Numbered from the stretch's first letter, positions 12,320 to 24,657 are shown. The stretch is DNA of 64,000 nucleotides from Leucoraja ocellata (GCA_036785375.1 JAWMAR010000009.1:10230001-10294000); one strand, 5' to 3'. Numbers and translations: made by a program. Notes: generated by a model from the sequence alone, not told the origin.

Positions 12320-12860
12320 GTCATAGAATGATAGCGCTTGGTCCATATCCCTCCAAACCTGTCCTATCCATGTACCTGTTTAACTGTTTCTTAAACAATG
12401 AGATACTCAGCTTCAACTAACTCCTCTGGCAACTTGTTCACACACCTTTTGTGTGAAAAAGTTACCCCTCAGATTCCTTTTAAATCTTTTCCCCCCTCAC
12501 CTTGAGCCTATGTCCTCTGGTACTCGATTCCACTACTCTGGGCAAGAGACTCTGTGCATCTACCAGATCTATTCCTCTCATGATTTTGTACACCTCTATA
12601 AGATCAGCCCTCACCCTCCTGCACTCCATGGAATAGAGACCCAGCCAACTCAACCTCTCCCTATAGCTCACACCCTCTAGTCCTGGCAACATCCTCGTAA
12701 ATCTTTTCTGAACCCTTTCAAGCTTGACAATATATTTCCTATAACATAGTGCCCAGAACTGAACAGAATATTCTAGATGCGGTCTTACCAATGTCTAATA
12801 CAACTGCAACATGACCTCCCAACTTCTTTACTCAATATTCTGACTGATGAAGGCCAAGTA
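12320..12860 (-). mobile_element. CR1 LINE 3' fragment
   Basis: ORF 12480..12791 VRPHLEYSVQFW...LERVQKRFTRMLPGL...DLIEVYKIMRG. Confidence 0.9.
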
Positions 12861-13247
12861 CTCAAAACTCTGGAATTTATTCTGCATTTGTATCTCTTGT
12901 CACTCTGCAAAATCTACCTCTGTCTTTGCCACCATCATATACAGCTTAACAAAACATTATTTGTCTTGACTTAATACTTCCAACAATATTTGATATTTAA
13001 TATCTTAATATTTGAGGCTGAGATTTTCATAATGGAGCAAAGTGCAATGGGATTTCTTTGGAATTACAAGAATTCTGTGATAGTAAGGGGGAAATGTTTT
13101 CTGTGATGTGTCAACGTTATTACTTCAGAATTAACCGTGTTTATTTTGTTTTTGTCTGGTAGGTACATTGTGTAGATCCTTGGCTTTTGAGATTGCAGGA
13201 AAGAGCTGAGGGTTGGTGTGAGCAACACTTCAAGGTAAGATCTCATG

Positions 13248-13475
13248 AAAGGACAGAAAGTGCTGAATAACTCAGCAGGTCAGGCAACATCACTGGTGAA
13301 CATCGATATGTGATGTTTCAGTCAAGAACCTTCTTCAGACTGATTGGTCTGAAGAAGGGTCTTCATCCGAAATGTGACCTATCCATGTTCTCAGGAGACG
13401 CTGCCTGATCTGCTGAGTTACTTAAGCAATTTGTGTCCTTTTGTGTATTAATCAGCATCGGTAATTTTTTGTCTC
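13248..13475. mobile_element. Palindromic Penelope-derived short element
   Basis: Inverted arms around CTTCTTCAGAC-TGATTG-GTCTGAAGAAG (~13330-13357). Confidence 0.75.
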
Positions 13476-13689
13476 TACTCTAGGATCCCATGAATGAAGA
13501 TCATTCCAAAGTAGAAAATTCTGAATAAGATGAATCAGTAGATAATGAGCCTGCAAGGAAGGATGACTCTGTAGCAGTTTGGTACCACTTGATTAAATAA
13601 TCATCACGCATATGCTCTGTGTTTCAATACTTCTTTGACGGAACAGCAGGTATTTCATATACAGGAATTTCAAAAATAACATTAATGAA

Positions 13690-16600
13690 AGTTGGGCTGT
13701 GGTGTTTCATTTAATTTGATGTGTTAACCATTTATAAATATGTACAGTATTTCCATACAGTAAATTGCACAGATCATAATCTGTAAATGAAAAATAAAAA
13801 CAGAAGCATTCGTTTATTTTTTTTGTTTTGTTTTTGCACTAACTCACAGCCCACATGTACAGACAATATTACTCTGCTCAGCAAGCAACACAGCAAAGAG
13901 AAATCTCCATCCAAAATATGGAAAGGGCCGCAGCCCATGACGACCTGGATACAATATCACAACCTTTTGTAATTATTAATCAGTAACTGGAACAAAACAT
14001 GCAGTTGATAATATACAGAGAAAACTTCTTTACATTGAAAGAGAGAGGGAGAGAGAATGAGGGTGGCATGGACAGAGAGGAAGGGACGAGAGAGGAATCC
14101 AATTGTTTTTTTTTACACAGCTCCTCAGATGGTGCCTCACTGTGTAAAAATGCCTTCCTGGCATATTATTAAAAGTACAGCAAAAATAAAGGAACCCATG
14201 AATTAACGCAGAAATAACACATGGTGCAATATAATTTTCTGCAATTACATTCAAATGGTTAGTATTTTGTCAAAAAAAATTAAAGGAAGAAAAGTACCTA
14301 CATGCATCCCTGCCGCAGCTGATTCTGCATCTTATTTATTCAACATTAATAAAAAATAACATTGCACTCCTCATTAGGAAGGAACATTACTTCCTGTTAC
14401 ACTTTGCACTGTTTTGAGCTAATTATATAAAGATCAGACAGTTCTCAGTCATAAGTGTGTTTATCTTCTGGAGTGTCAATACCATTAAGGTCGATAATAT
14501 TAACTGCAAATATACACGTTCACTTAAAGTCAGAATATAAGCTTAAATGTACATTATGATAAACAATGTTCTGAAAATGCTCAGGGCTATTTTCAACGTG
14601 ATATTTCTGGTGAAGGCCTGACAATTGATGTTCATGAACTATATATTGCACCTTGCCCCAATATTTTAATTTCCTCCCATAACACTATGATACATTTGGG
14701 AAACTAAGCCAGTTTAGACACTGTACTTTGGAATCACTAGAGACAGAAGCAACAGATCAGTAAGATATATGTAGATATGTAATCACTAAATTACATTTTT
14801 AAATCATGGCACTTTTAAAATAGTAGATTCCTGAATGTTTTATGCAGTTTTAATGCTGCACAATACATGATTTAACCAGCGTCTCCATGGTGGTTCACCA
14901 ACATATTTAAGACAATTTTTGTTGGTTTACACAGCGTTGATTTTATGACCCTCACTTATCCATGCACCAAGCTACTAAATGGCCGATAAATATACAGCAT
15001 GTGTGCTTAATTTAATTTGGGTATACTTGCATCTTTGAAATCGAAGATGATAAAGCATTAATGTTTCATAATTTGCCACATTTAAAGAGTGCTTCAAAAC
15101 ATCACTAGAATAAGATGCTCTTTATATTATAAGGTTGTTGAGGGTTGGTGTTACTGTTTACATCAGGAGCAATCAATAACTTTAATATCAAACATCATAA
15201 ATTGAAAAGTAAATGATAAAACCACACAGTATTGAACATTCTGTAAATAGGCCAGAGAGTATAATTGGATCAAATTTTAGTCCTATAAAGTTGTTTCAGT
15301 TTCCTGTTGAAAGGTTATTCCCATAGTTCTGTTGGCAGTGGCATTGCATTGATCATTCTGTCAGCAAGTTATGCAATTGGATAATAATAGAAACCCAGTC
15401 AACGTGGTCCAGCAAAAAACAACAACTATCTGTTCAGCATAAACCACAAGACCTAGCAAGATGATCTGCGCTTCAGTCACAGGATTCACATTGATATCTT
15501 AACTTTAAGCTAGTTAGAGATATGGGCAACAAGAATATAGAGTTGCCGTGACAATGAAAGTTAGCAAGTTTCTGTGATCTTAAAAGTTGCAGGCTAAAGG
15601 AAACATTCAGCCAACACAACTTAACTCCAAATTACATTACTGCCGCTTGATCTATCATTAACAAAAGGCTTCAAAGAGATTTTGAGAACCAGATTGATAT
15701 AAATAGGCATGCTCAAGATTTCTTCAGAATATAACCCAACGAGTGGCCCTGATTGTGCATTTTACTTAGGCCAGAATTAAGAAATGGTATTTTTCCACTT
15801 TAAGCCTTCCAGTAATTCCATAGTGATCTTTCTAGCTGGTGATACTAGCCCCACATACTTTATGAAAATGACCCATCCAATGCATCCATTTTCCTAGCAG
15901 TTTTAGGTAGTTTCTCTTCTCACTAACTCTTGCAAATAAATTGTTTTTGCCTAGAGTACAGTCCAATATAATTTACAAGCAGAAAATCCATGTACTCATT
16001 CTTAGTTGTGCTGTTCCAATCTAGATTTATAAGCAAATGTGAGGTGAAGCCATCATACTTCGCAGGCCCTCTCTCATCAATGTAATGGTGAGTTTCTACA
16101 ACTGAATTCTGTACTACAAAAATATTATAGGCACATGAGAAAATGATTTTATGTGCATTTCCAGGCAATATGTACCTTCTCTATGTTCATTATATACACG
16201 GTGAAAGTGAGAGTTAAGTTATGCGCTGTTGGAGTTTCCAAGGAAGTGCATTTGTGGAATGCTGGATTAGTGCCAAATGTGGCATTTATTTACAGCAACC
16301 CTTTTGTGCTACAAATTTAGAATTTTGTTTTCTTTCCTGTGAAATACATCAAGGATCACAACTGTTCATCTCCTAATGAGAACACTAATCACAATTATCT
16401 ATCCAGTATATAAAGATCAACAATAAAGTGCACTCATATACAGGAAATATGGATGGCAAACTTTCAGTACAATTTCTTGAAATATGTGATGGTGTAATTA
16501 AGGAGCTGCACACTATGATTGATGTGGTTTTTTTTGCCTATCCTTTTGTATTTTAATGCTAAATGACTTCATATATCTTCATATAACTTCATTTATCTGA

Positions 16601-18717
16601 AGTGCATCTGGGGGACATTTCCAAATATTACTAGAATTAAATGGCAGTGAAGTAGAGATGACTCCAAAAGCAAAAGCAAGCTATCTTGTAAACAAAATTG
16701 AGCAACATGCTAATTCATACAGTTGGAAATTATAACAGAGGAAGGAGTAAAAAGAATGATAAAGGTAGGAACAAAAGATTCTTATTGGTAATACAGAGAA
16801 ATGAAGCAGTACGACAGCAGTGACTTCTAGATTTGAGGAGCTGGAGATGAGATAATGCTTAGCAGAAGACAAACACTTCCCACAGGGAATATTAGGAGAA
16901 ACAAGGAAACCAAGTTATGAACTTGATAGCAGTTCATTTCATGACAATTGTGGTTCTAATTTCAACTCAGGATATGTACAACTCGATCTCTCTTTAAAGC
17001 GAAGGATTGAAAAACCAACAGGTGGAGGAGCATTATTGGAAAATAAAATAGGAATAAGACTGGGGAAAAAAAAATCAGGAATGTTAATTGAGACAAATAA
17101 TCCAACTTAAATATATGTACAATGTGTTTTAGATACCCCTAATGTTAAACTTTTATCATCTTAAATAACAAGAGCGACGGACCACATCAGGACTGCATGG
17201 TTCTGCATGAAACATTTTCCCAACCCAAAACGGCAATGCAGTGGGAATTTATAAAGGAACTTTAAATATAAAATCTAAAGTACACAATTGAAACTAACAT
17301 AGAGCAGGAAACGAGTAGTGTGCAAGTGGGCAACCTTCATACAATTGAATCTAATTGCGGATTACTGCTGAATATGTGTAATGGCATTTTAAAACCATAA
17401 AGTTGGATATCTGAGTAATTCTGCTTAGACTTTTGTGCATTTTCGAATTACTCCTTTGAGGATGGTGCATTTTAGCACTGTTGGAACTTACAACAGAATT
17501 CTATCTTTTATTGGGAATATCTACTTTAAATTCACTTTAGCAATTTAGTGTAGAATATACAGAAATCTTGGTAAACCAGCATCTGCAGTTCCTTATTTCT
17601 ACATAAAGGAACTTTTTCCAGTTGTTGGTGGACAGGGAACATGTGTTCGTTCTGAAAGTGTTCCATTGCTGGCAACCTAACAGATTTATTTGTAGGTGAG
17701 ATGGGACAGCACAATGAAAGAGGTGGAGAGGTTGGCCAATAGACCATGAAAAGCATCAATGCAGGTGTAGTTGCTCAAGAGTAGAAGCGAATAGCCCTGG
17801 GAACACCAGAGAAATGGTGTCTATTCCCTTTATCTGGGTTCCCACAGCCTTTCTGCCCAAGAAATAGTGAAGGAGCAGGAGAATGCCAGGGATAATCAGC
17901 TCTACAGTTTGGGAATGTCCCCTTGTATTCACATCAATTCAGCAATTGTTGCACCTGGTTTAAAATAAAGTTTAGAAAAATGTTACCCTATACAAGTTGA
18001 TTTAACTTAAAATATTCTTAAATATTAATAACTACAGGTCTGTAGAGAGCAAAACTTCATACAACATTTACAGTATTAAATAGAATAACCTTGCAGCTGA
18101 AACAAACACTGTTTATCTCTGAAGGTAGAATATTTCTAATCCCATGCTGGTGCTGAGAATTGATTTTTACGCAGATTAGTGCTTGAGGTTTTGGAAACAG
18201 ACTGACAGTTCTGTGTAATGCGCCCATTATGTATAAATTATAGTAAATTGATTACAAGTTGTACAAATCACAGCATTGTCTTTGAAAATAAATGTCATTA
18301 TCTGCACCGTATTGTAATTTGTGTGTCAGACTTCCTTAAAAAGTCCAATTAAAATTGCTCATTGTACATTTTAACTATACCTATGTAAAGTAAAAAGGTG
18401 AGCTGACCTGATAATGGATTAGTCTAGCATTCGTCACTTAACCATTCACACTTTGAGTTTGATTTCATGTCTCTTTCCCCAACATTTAAACTTCTGTACA
18501 TTTGGTAGAAAAGTTAGAAACAACAAAGAATTCAGTAACGAAATAAAACTAAACCCACTACAGTTTCTTTTCCTCTGGCGTATTTCGAATGCAAGTGGAA
18601 GCAGCTTCATTGCACAGTGCACCGTGTGGCTCCATGTGCAGGAGGCACAATAGCAGATCTGCTATTATACTTCTGCAGTGGCTCACAACATGGGATTTAG
18701 AATCTAGAGGATTGCCT
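13690..18717 (-). other. TANC2: Inferred ~5 kb TANC2 3'UTR
   Basis: Follows the stop codon with no recognisable transposon for ~5 kb; AU-rich; ends at a poly(A)-signal cluster, and repeats resume below ~13480. The 3' end is inferred. Confidence 0.7.
13710..13818 (-). terminator. Candidate distal polyadenylation signals (AATAAA 13813-13818; ATTAAA 13710-13715)
   Basis: Minus-strand ATTAAA has UGUA motifs upstream (e.g. 13743-13746) and a downstream U/GU-rich tract TGTTATTTTTG (~13672-13682). Confidence 0.6.
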
Positions 18718-20731
18718 TTATACATTTGACTCTACGAATGGTCTCTTTGGTTTTAAAGGTGATGTTGGCCCTTGTCGTGAGTCTCTGGAAAGCTGCCGAT
18801 ATATGCTGTCCTGATATGCCTGTGCAACAGGCAGCGTTCTGGCCACTTTTACATCTGGATACGAGGGAGTTTGACTAACTCTCTCCAAAATCTCTCCCCG
18901 GGATCCATTGGTCAGCTTCCCATGTGGGATACACATGTCCTCCTCAAGCAGGTGACCATTTTGGGCATTGTTAGTCTTATTGAAAAAAGCAATATTACTA
19001 ACTGGGGGTGGGCTGTAGGAGGCGGATTGAGGGGACATTCCTCCAGAGGAGGTGGGGCTGGTGATGACAGTGTCGACAGAGGACACAGCCCACGTTCGGC
19101 TCTGCTGGTGCATGTGGGTGTATTGCTGTGTCCGAGCTGTTTTATCTATGATCCCCATGAAAGGTGTGGTCCTTGAACGACCAGAGTCTCCAGGGTAACC
19201 CTGTGTTGGAGAGATGGGAGACTGTTCTTCATTGGATCGGCTTTCATAGGAGGGTTTTATTGGAATCTCCATCTGTTGGATGGAAGCAGAAGGTCGAAAT
19301 GATGACACAACATTAGAGCTCGAAGAAAGGCTATTGTTAGAGGGGGAGAAACGAAGGCCAGTGCTTTGGGAATGGAGCAGTGGTCGGGGAGTTGGTGGGT
19401 GAGGTTTGATCTCTGGAGGATTCACGGTGAGTGCCCTCCTGATCATGTGAGATACATCTGGAGATGAAATCTGGCTAGATGGAACAGAAGATCTTTCCAA
19501 TTCATGCTTGGAATGGGATACAGGATAATATGACGCAGACTGACTGCGACCAATCTGAGGGGTCTGGCCATACCTCACTCCTCCTCGAAAGGCTGAAGAA
19601 GGTCGTTGACTGTGATCCTCTTTGGTCATCACTGATCCAGGATGTTGACAAACATTGCTGATTGCACCTGCACTCAGACTGGCCTGCACATGCTGGACGG
19701 GTCTGCTGTCAGCTACCACTCCACCCATTACAGGCTGATATACCAGGCGACTTTGAGTAGGAGCCATATCAACTGAAGACTGATGTTTGGTACTCATGGA
19801 GTGAGGTCCCTGGTTATAGGATCCACCAAGTATAACAACACTAGAGTGGACCGCAGAGCTGGGCTGATTGGTGCGAACAATTTGAGCTTTGGCTGGTTGT
19901 AACCTAAGCCCTTGTTGGGGTAGACCGGATGGAGGTTGAGATAATTGATAGGGTCTTTGGGCCATTTTAGACAAAGGAGACTTTGGCCTACCAGGAAGCT
20001 GGCCTATTGAGGTTTCTTGCTGATATCGGACTGGGGAGCCAGACTGAGACCTATATACACTCATACTATCTGCAGGAGGACTAGCTCTGTACTGAGGGGC
20101 CCTACGCAGTGGAGAAGGTGGGGGACTTGACTGGTAATCTTTGTTTGGGCCACTTACAGGAGGCGGGCTAAAGCGGTACGAAGAGCCCTGATGAGCAGGG
20201 GAGGTGGTCGGAGGGCTAGGCCGATAATGAGAATTCTGGTGGGTAGGAGAAATTGATGGCGATGTGGATTGGTACCCCTGCCGAGTGGGGGAGGAGATGG
20301 AAGGGTTTGGTCTGTAGTCAAAAACCTGGTGGGAGTTGAGAGGCGAGCTGGATCTGTAGGTGGGTTCACGGTGGGCCGGGGAAGGTGGTGGACTATGGAT
20401 AACAGGCAGCCCTTGGCTAGGTCTTGTTTCATTCTGTAAGCCAACGGAGACATTGTCCAACTCCTGCTCCAAATATTCCTCATCATAAATTTCATGCATT
20501 GAGTCTAAGTCTTCTTGCTGAGTCTGTTGCTGTTGTTGCTGTGACTGCTGCTGCTGCTGCTGTTGTTGTTGTTGTTGTTGCTGTTGTTGTGGTTGTCCAT
20601 ATTGTAACGGCTGGCCGTATTGCAACTGCTTGAATTCCTCTTCTACCCGTATCAACAAGCGTTGTATCTCACGGTTATTCGGGCAAAGCTTCACAGCCTC
20701 ATGCAAATCTTCCAGGGCTGCTGGAAACTGC
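18718..20731 (-). CDS. TANC2: TANC2 terminal coding exon: end of TPR, polyQ, Ser/Pro-rich disordered tail, class I PDZ-binding motif ESNV
   Basis: ATGCAG|G acceptor, phase 2; [26 protein letters not shown]...[11 protein letters not shown]; contains the 662-aa ORF 18718..20706; the tail (e.g. [33 protein letters not shown]) is TANC2-type. Confidence 0.98.
20515..20589 (-). repeat. Coding CAA/CAG repeat encoding Q15-S-Q6-T-QQ
   Basis: Plus-strand (TGT/TGC)n run; polyQ in the translated ORF. Confidence 0.95.
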
Positions 20732-21039
20732 CTGCATGGAAGAATATTGTGTGTAAGATAAATATGTTCTTACTTGAGATACATCATCCATCGCTTACTA
20801 AATGTTATCTTCAATAAATTTTGGGACGTTGCCCACGATGAAAAATGAACTCAATTTCCCTAGTCTCCAAATTATTTGCTTATCCACATTCTGGAGAAGA
20901 TACTATTATCATAGACTTCAAAGTTTTCTCATCCCTGTTTATTTGAGGCTAGTTTTATTCTGCTCTGCATTCAAGTCTTTTCAAATTTTCATGATTACAT
21001 CTGTGATCACAAATTAAATCAGTTAAATTTTGTTGGGGC

Positions 21040-21330
21040 TTGTCATATTTCCATGATTTCCTGAAGGGCTTCATGGCCAATGAATTATATAATATGTGTA
21101 GCTGGAAGTATAATTTGGGGAAATGCGATAGTCAATTTGCATTCAACAAAGTCCCATAAACAGCAATTAGATAACCTAATTGAGCATGTTGATTGATGAA
21201 TTGAGCTCGGAGACAGAGAGAGGCTGTGTTCTTTTTCAAACAGTGCCAGTTTTGTGGTTCATCTGAAAGTGCACAATGCAGCTGGTCAATGTTATGTGTA
21301 CAAGTATCTGAACAGAGATTTTAACTCATT
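21040..21330 (-). mobile_element. Ancient Deu-domain SINE remnant
   Basis: GCCAATGAA...AATTTGCATTCAACAAAGTCCCATAAACAGCAAT resembles the Deu domain reverse complement; related to 7470-7700. Confidence 0.55.
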
Positions 21331-21344
21331 TTAAAAACACAATC

Positions 21345-21640
21345 GAAGGGCCGAATGGCCTCCTCCTGCACCTATTTTCTATGTTTCTAATTAGATAGGT
21401 ACGTGGATAGGACAGGTTTGGAGGAATATGGACTAAGGGAAGGCAAGTGGGACTAGTGTAGCTGGGACATTGTTGGTCGGTGTAGGCAAGTTGGGCCAAA
21501 AGACCTGTGTCCAAATTGTATCACTCTACGACTCTAGTCTGTGTAGGGTAGTGTTAGTGGGCGGGAATCGTTGGTCGGTGCACTCGATGGGCCGAAGCGC
21601 CTGTTTCTGTGCTGTGTCTTTAAACTAAACTAAGCTAAAC
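21345..21640 (+). mobile_element. Composite of CR1 3' tails and an HE1 SINE 3' end
   Basis: GAAGGGCCGAATGGCCT..CCTGCACC(TTTCTATG)n, then GATGGGCCGAAG..CCTGTTTC..(CTAAA)n. Confidence 0.7.
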
Positions 21641-23866
21641 TCAGGCTTTTTAATTCGGATGTGAGTGTGCACCATCTAAATCCAGTTGGGTATAGATATA
21701 AACCAGTACTCAACACATACACTATGCCTTTCAGCACATGCATAGAGTTGAAATAGTTTAAAGTATTATTCTCAACTACATTCACAAGCTAATTGCCACC
21801 AACAGGTTCCTGCAGGTATGCTTTCATTCTTGGTCAACTAAGCAAACTAACATCAAATACAAAACATGGAATGAACAATACATTACATTGCAAAATTAAC
21901 ACATCATTCATAATAACCTTTCATAAGGGTAGAATGCATCCGGCATCCTATCAGTGTTGTCCTACTTACAGGACTAACATTCAAAGATCAGTTCCAGTGT
22001 GATAAAAATATAAAAGGTGAATTCATTATAGGGTTTTGACAGGTTTCTTAGGCAAATAAATGAGTAAGGATGTTTTAATATGAAATTAGAACCTTACTGA
22101 AACAAGTCGCAAACAGGCACATCCATTATTAATTCAGCAGAGAAATAGTCAATAACATCTTAAAAGAAGATGCTTCTGAGGTGAAATAATCAATATCTCA
22201 AGCTACTGGGTCAAAATAATAATGCCTGCTTTAAGTGTTCTGTCCTATGAACAAATTTGTAAAAAATCCAGTCTTCTATATGCTGTGCTAACTCCAGTTT
22301 ATCCAGGCAGGGTATTCAAGTAAGGAAGTTACACTCCTTCATCCAAACTGTAACGCGTGACTTATTCATGGATTTTATTCCTAAAGAAAACAAATAGTTT
22401 CATGCAATAAAAAGAGCATTTATTCCAATAATGCAAGGGGTATTGATCCTTGCAAGAAAAGCAATGAAGGTGACGGATGACACTCTGATACCCTGACATA
22501 TTTGATTCCATAACATAGCTTGGCAGAAAAATGAACGGCTGCACTAACCTACAACCAGAAGGATCCAGCATTTTTCATTTATATTGCGAGTGAGATAGAA
22601 TTAATAATACACACACACACACATCCATACATCCAGCAAACTTTGCAGAGATCTTGTTTAAAGAGCAATTACATGGATGGTATCCAGGAGAACAAGTTTG
22701 TTGCCATTTCTCACGTATGGAATGCCAATTAAGTAGGTCAGCACTTGTAAAATCCATGCCATTAAATGGGATCCTCAATATTGGATGAAAATGCCTCAGA
22801 AAATTAGAATTTTAGTTTCATTTTTATGAGGAGATAGCCATCATTGAAAAGGGGAGTATTTATACCACATCTATGACTATCCCCAAGTTCCCTTGAGGTG
22901 ACTGCAAGTGTAGTTTGTTTTATGAAGATGTTCCAATTAGACTATTTTTGTGGAGAATTTCATGGTTTTTACACAACTTTGATGAAAGAATGTGTGATTT
23001 AATGCCAGGATAGGATTGTGTGAAAAGTAATTTGTAGGCAATGATGCACACACATTTCTGCTCCCTTATGCTTTTGATGGGCTTTTAGGGGTGATCAAAA
23101 AAGCATTGGTCAGTTGCAGAACAAATTCTTGTACATGATACATACTGAAGCCATGGGTGCCAGTGATTATGTGAACTCTTACTCTCTGTATAGGGCAAGG
23201 TTTCCTGCGTGTTCCTGAATCTGCACTCAGCCAGTAAATTAATAGTATTCCATTCCACTCCTGCTGTGTGGTGGGAACACTTTAGTAAGTGAAGTCACAC
23301 CCCGTGGGATATCCAACCTTTAACCTACTCTGGTTTGTCTGGTCAAAGGTTACCATCATCATGGTGAAATATCTAGTTGGTAATTATATTATAAAGTCAT
23401 AGTAATACAGCACAGAGGCCTTTCAGCCTTACCCATCCATGGCGACCAAGGTACTCCTTCTAAGATAGTCACATTTACCCCCAAAAGCCTTTTGAAGCAC
23501 AGACCATTGATTGAAAGTAGCTTTAGCTGTGCTTTATCTAATTATTCCAACCTTGATGAGGGAGACTGACAGTTATGCTCTCAAAATACTTTAATCTTCA
23601 CTATGATTCAATAATTTGTAATATCCTTTCTCTCAATCGTAAACTCTGAATCAAATGTTGATGCCAAATGTCCTTTGAAATGTAACTAAATTTGATGGGA
23701 CTAATCTTGCTGACAAAATAATGTCAATGTTGTCAAGTGTAAATTGGCCAACAAATGCAGAGAATTGAGACATTGCAAAGAATGAATCAGTAGAATTTGC
23801 TGGCAGATTTACACTGGCTAGACATTTTCTTTACATGAACAGCATCTGAACCCTATCGTTCCTTAT

Positions 23867-24657
23867 CAGGGGGAGGAAATCCTGGGGGGTACATGGGGGA
23901 CATGCCCCCCCCCATGCTTTGAGAGGTGGGGGACAATCCCCCCCCCCCCATGTTTTTTCAACCGGACTTCATCAGCCGCTTTCTAAGGGTTGAATCGGCC
24001 CATTCGCGGGGCCTTTCAGCACCCGTCGCAGCTTAAAATCAAACTGTTGTATCGAGGCGATCAAGGCTCCCAATGTTGAAGCCTTCGCCGGCCGATGAAA
24101 GACCCCGTGAACGGGCTGATTCAAGCCCACAGCCGAAGCCTCGCATGCATCTCGCTCTCTCCTCCAGCCCAGCGCGCCGCTTGACTCGAGGGTGATTCGG
24201 TACAGCGTGGAGTCAGCGCCTGATGAGCAGAGGGAACCGGGACCGGGTCACCGCCAGGGATGCGGTTCTCTATCTGGAAGGTGGGGGGTCTGCTGCGGCT
24301 GCTGGCAGGTACAGAGAGAGAGAGAGGCCACTCGGCCCGCGTGTTGCTGCTGCCTGACAGCGCCAGGGACACAGGTTTAGATCCCGACTCCGGGCGCTGT
24401 CTGTACAAGAGTCTTTTTCTCCCCACTAGCGCCTTGTCTGATGTTGATCTCACCCTTGCTGCCGAACAGACCGAGCACCAGCACCGAATGCTCGCTCCGC
24501 CGCCTCTCTTGCTTAAACTTATTTTGAAAGTGGGTCTCCACAGGGCCCACGGCTGAAGCCTGCGAAGCTTCGCGTATGCGTGTGAGTGTGCGCATACGCG
24601 CACGGTCGCCAGGAAATTGTGTCCCCCCCAATGTTTTGGTAGCGATTTCCGTGCCTG
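23867..24657. mobile_element. Non-autonomous hAT-like DNA transposon
   Basis: CAGG...GGAAATC termini in inverted orientation; flanks GTTCCTTAT / GTTCCTTTT (8-9 bp TSD with one mismatch); GC/CpG-rich interior. Confidence 0.75.

Noticed and set aside
1-13500. Exons of a neighbouring gene (CYB561 lies next to TANC2 in mammals, from memory)
   Set aside because: No translation resembling cytochrome b561 or another host protein was found; the acceptor-like TTTCTTTCCAG at ~5717 leads to no convincing exon.
18871-20817. Antisense and alternative-frame ORFs over the terminal exon
   Set aside because: Short shadow ORFs of a long coding exon with no independent features.
24121-24631. 160-aa and overlapping ORFs
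   Set aside because: Inside a GC-rich non-autonomous transposon; no transposase or other motifs.
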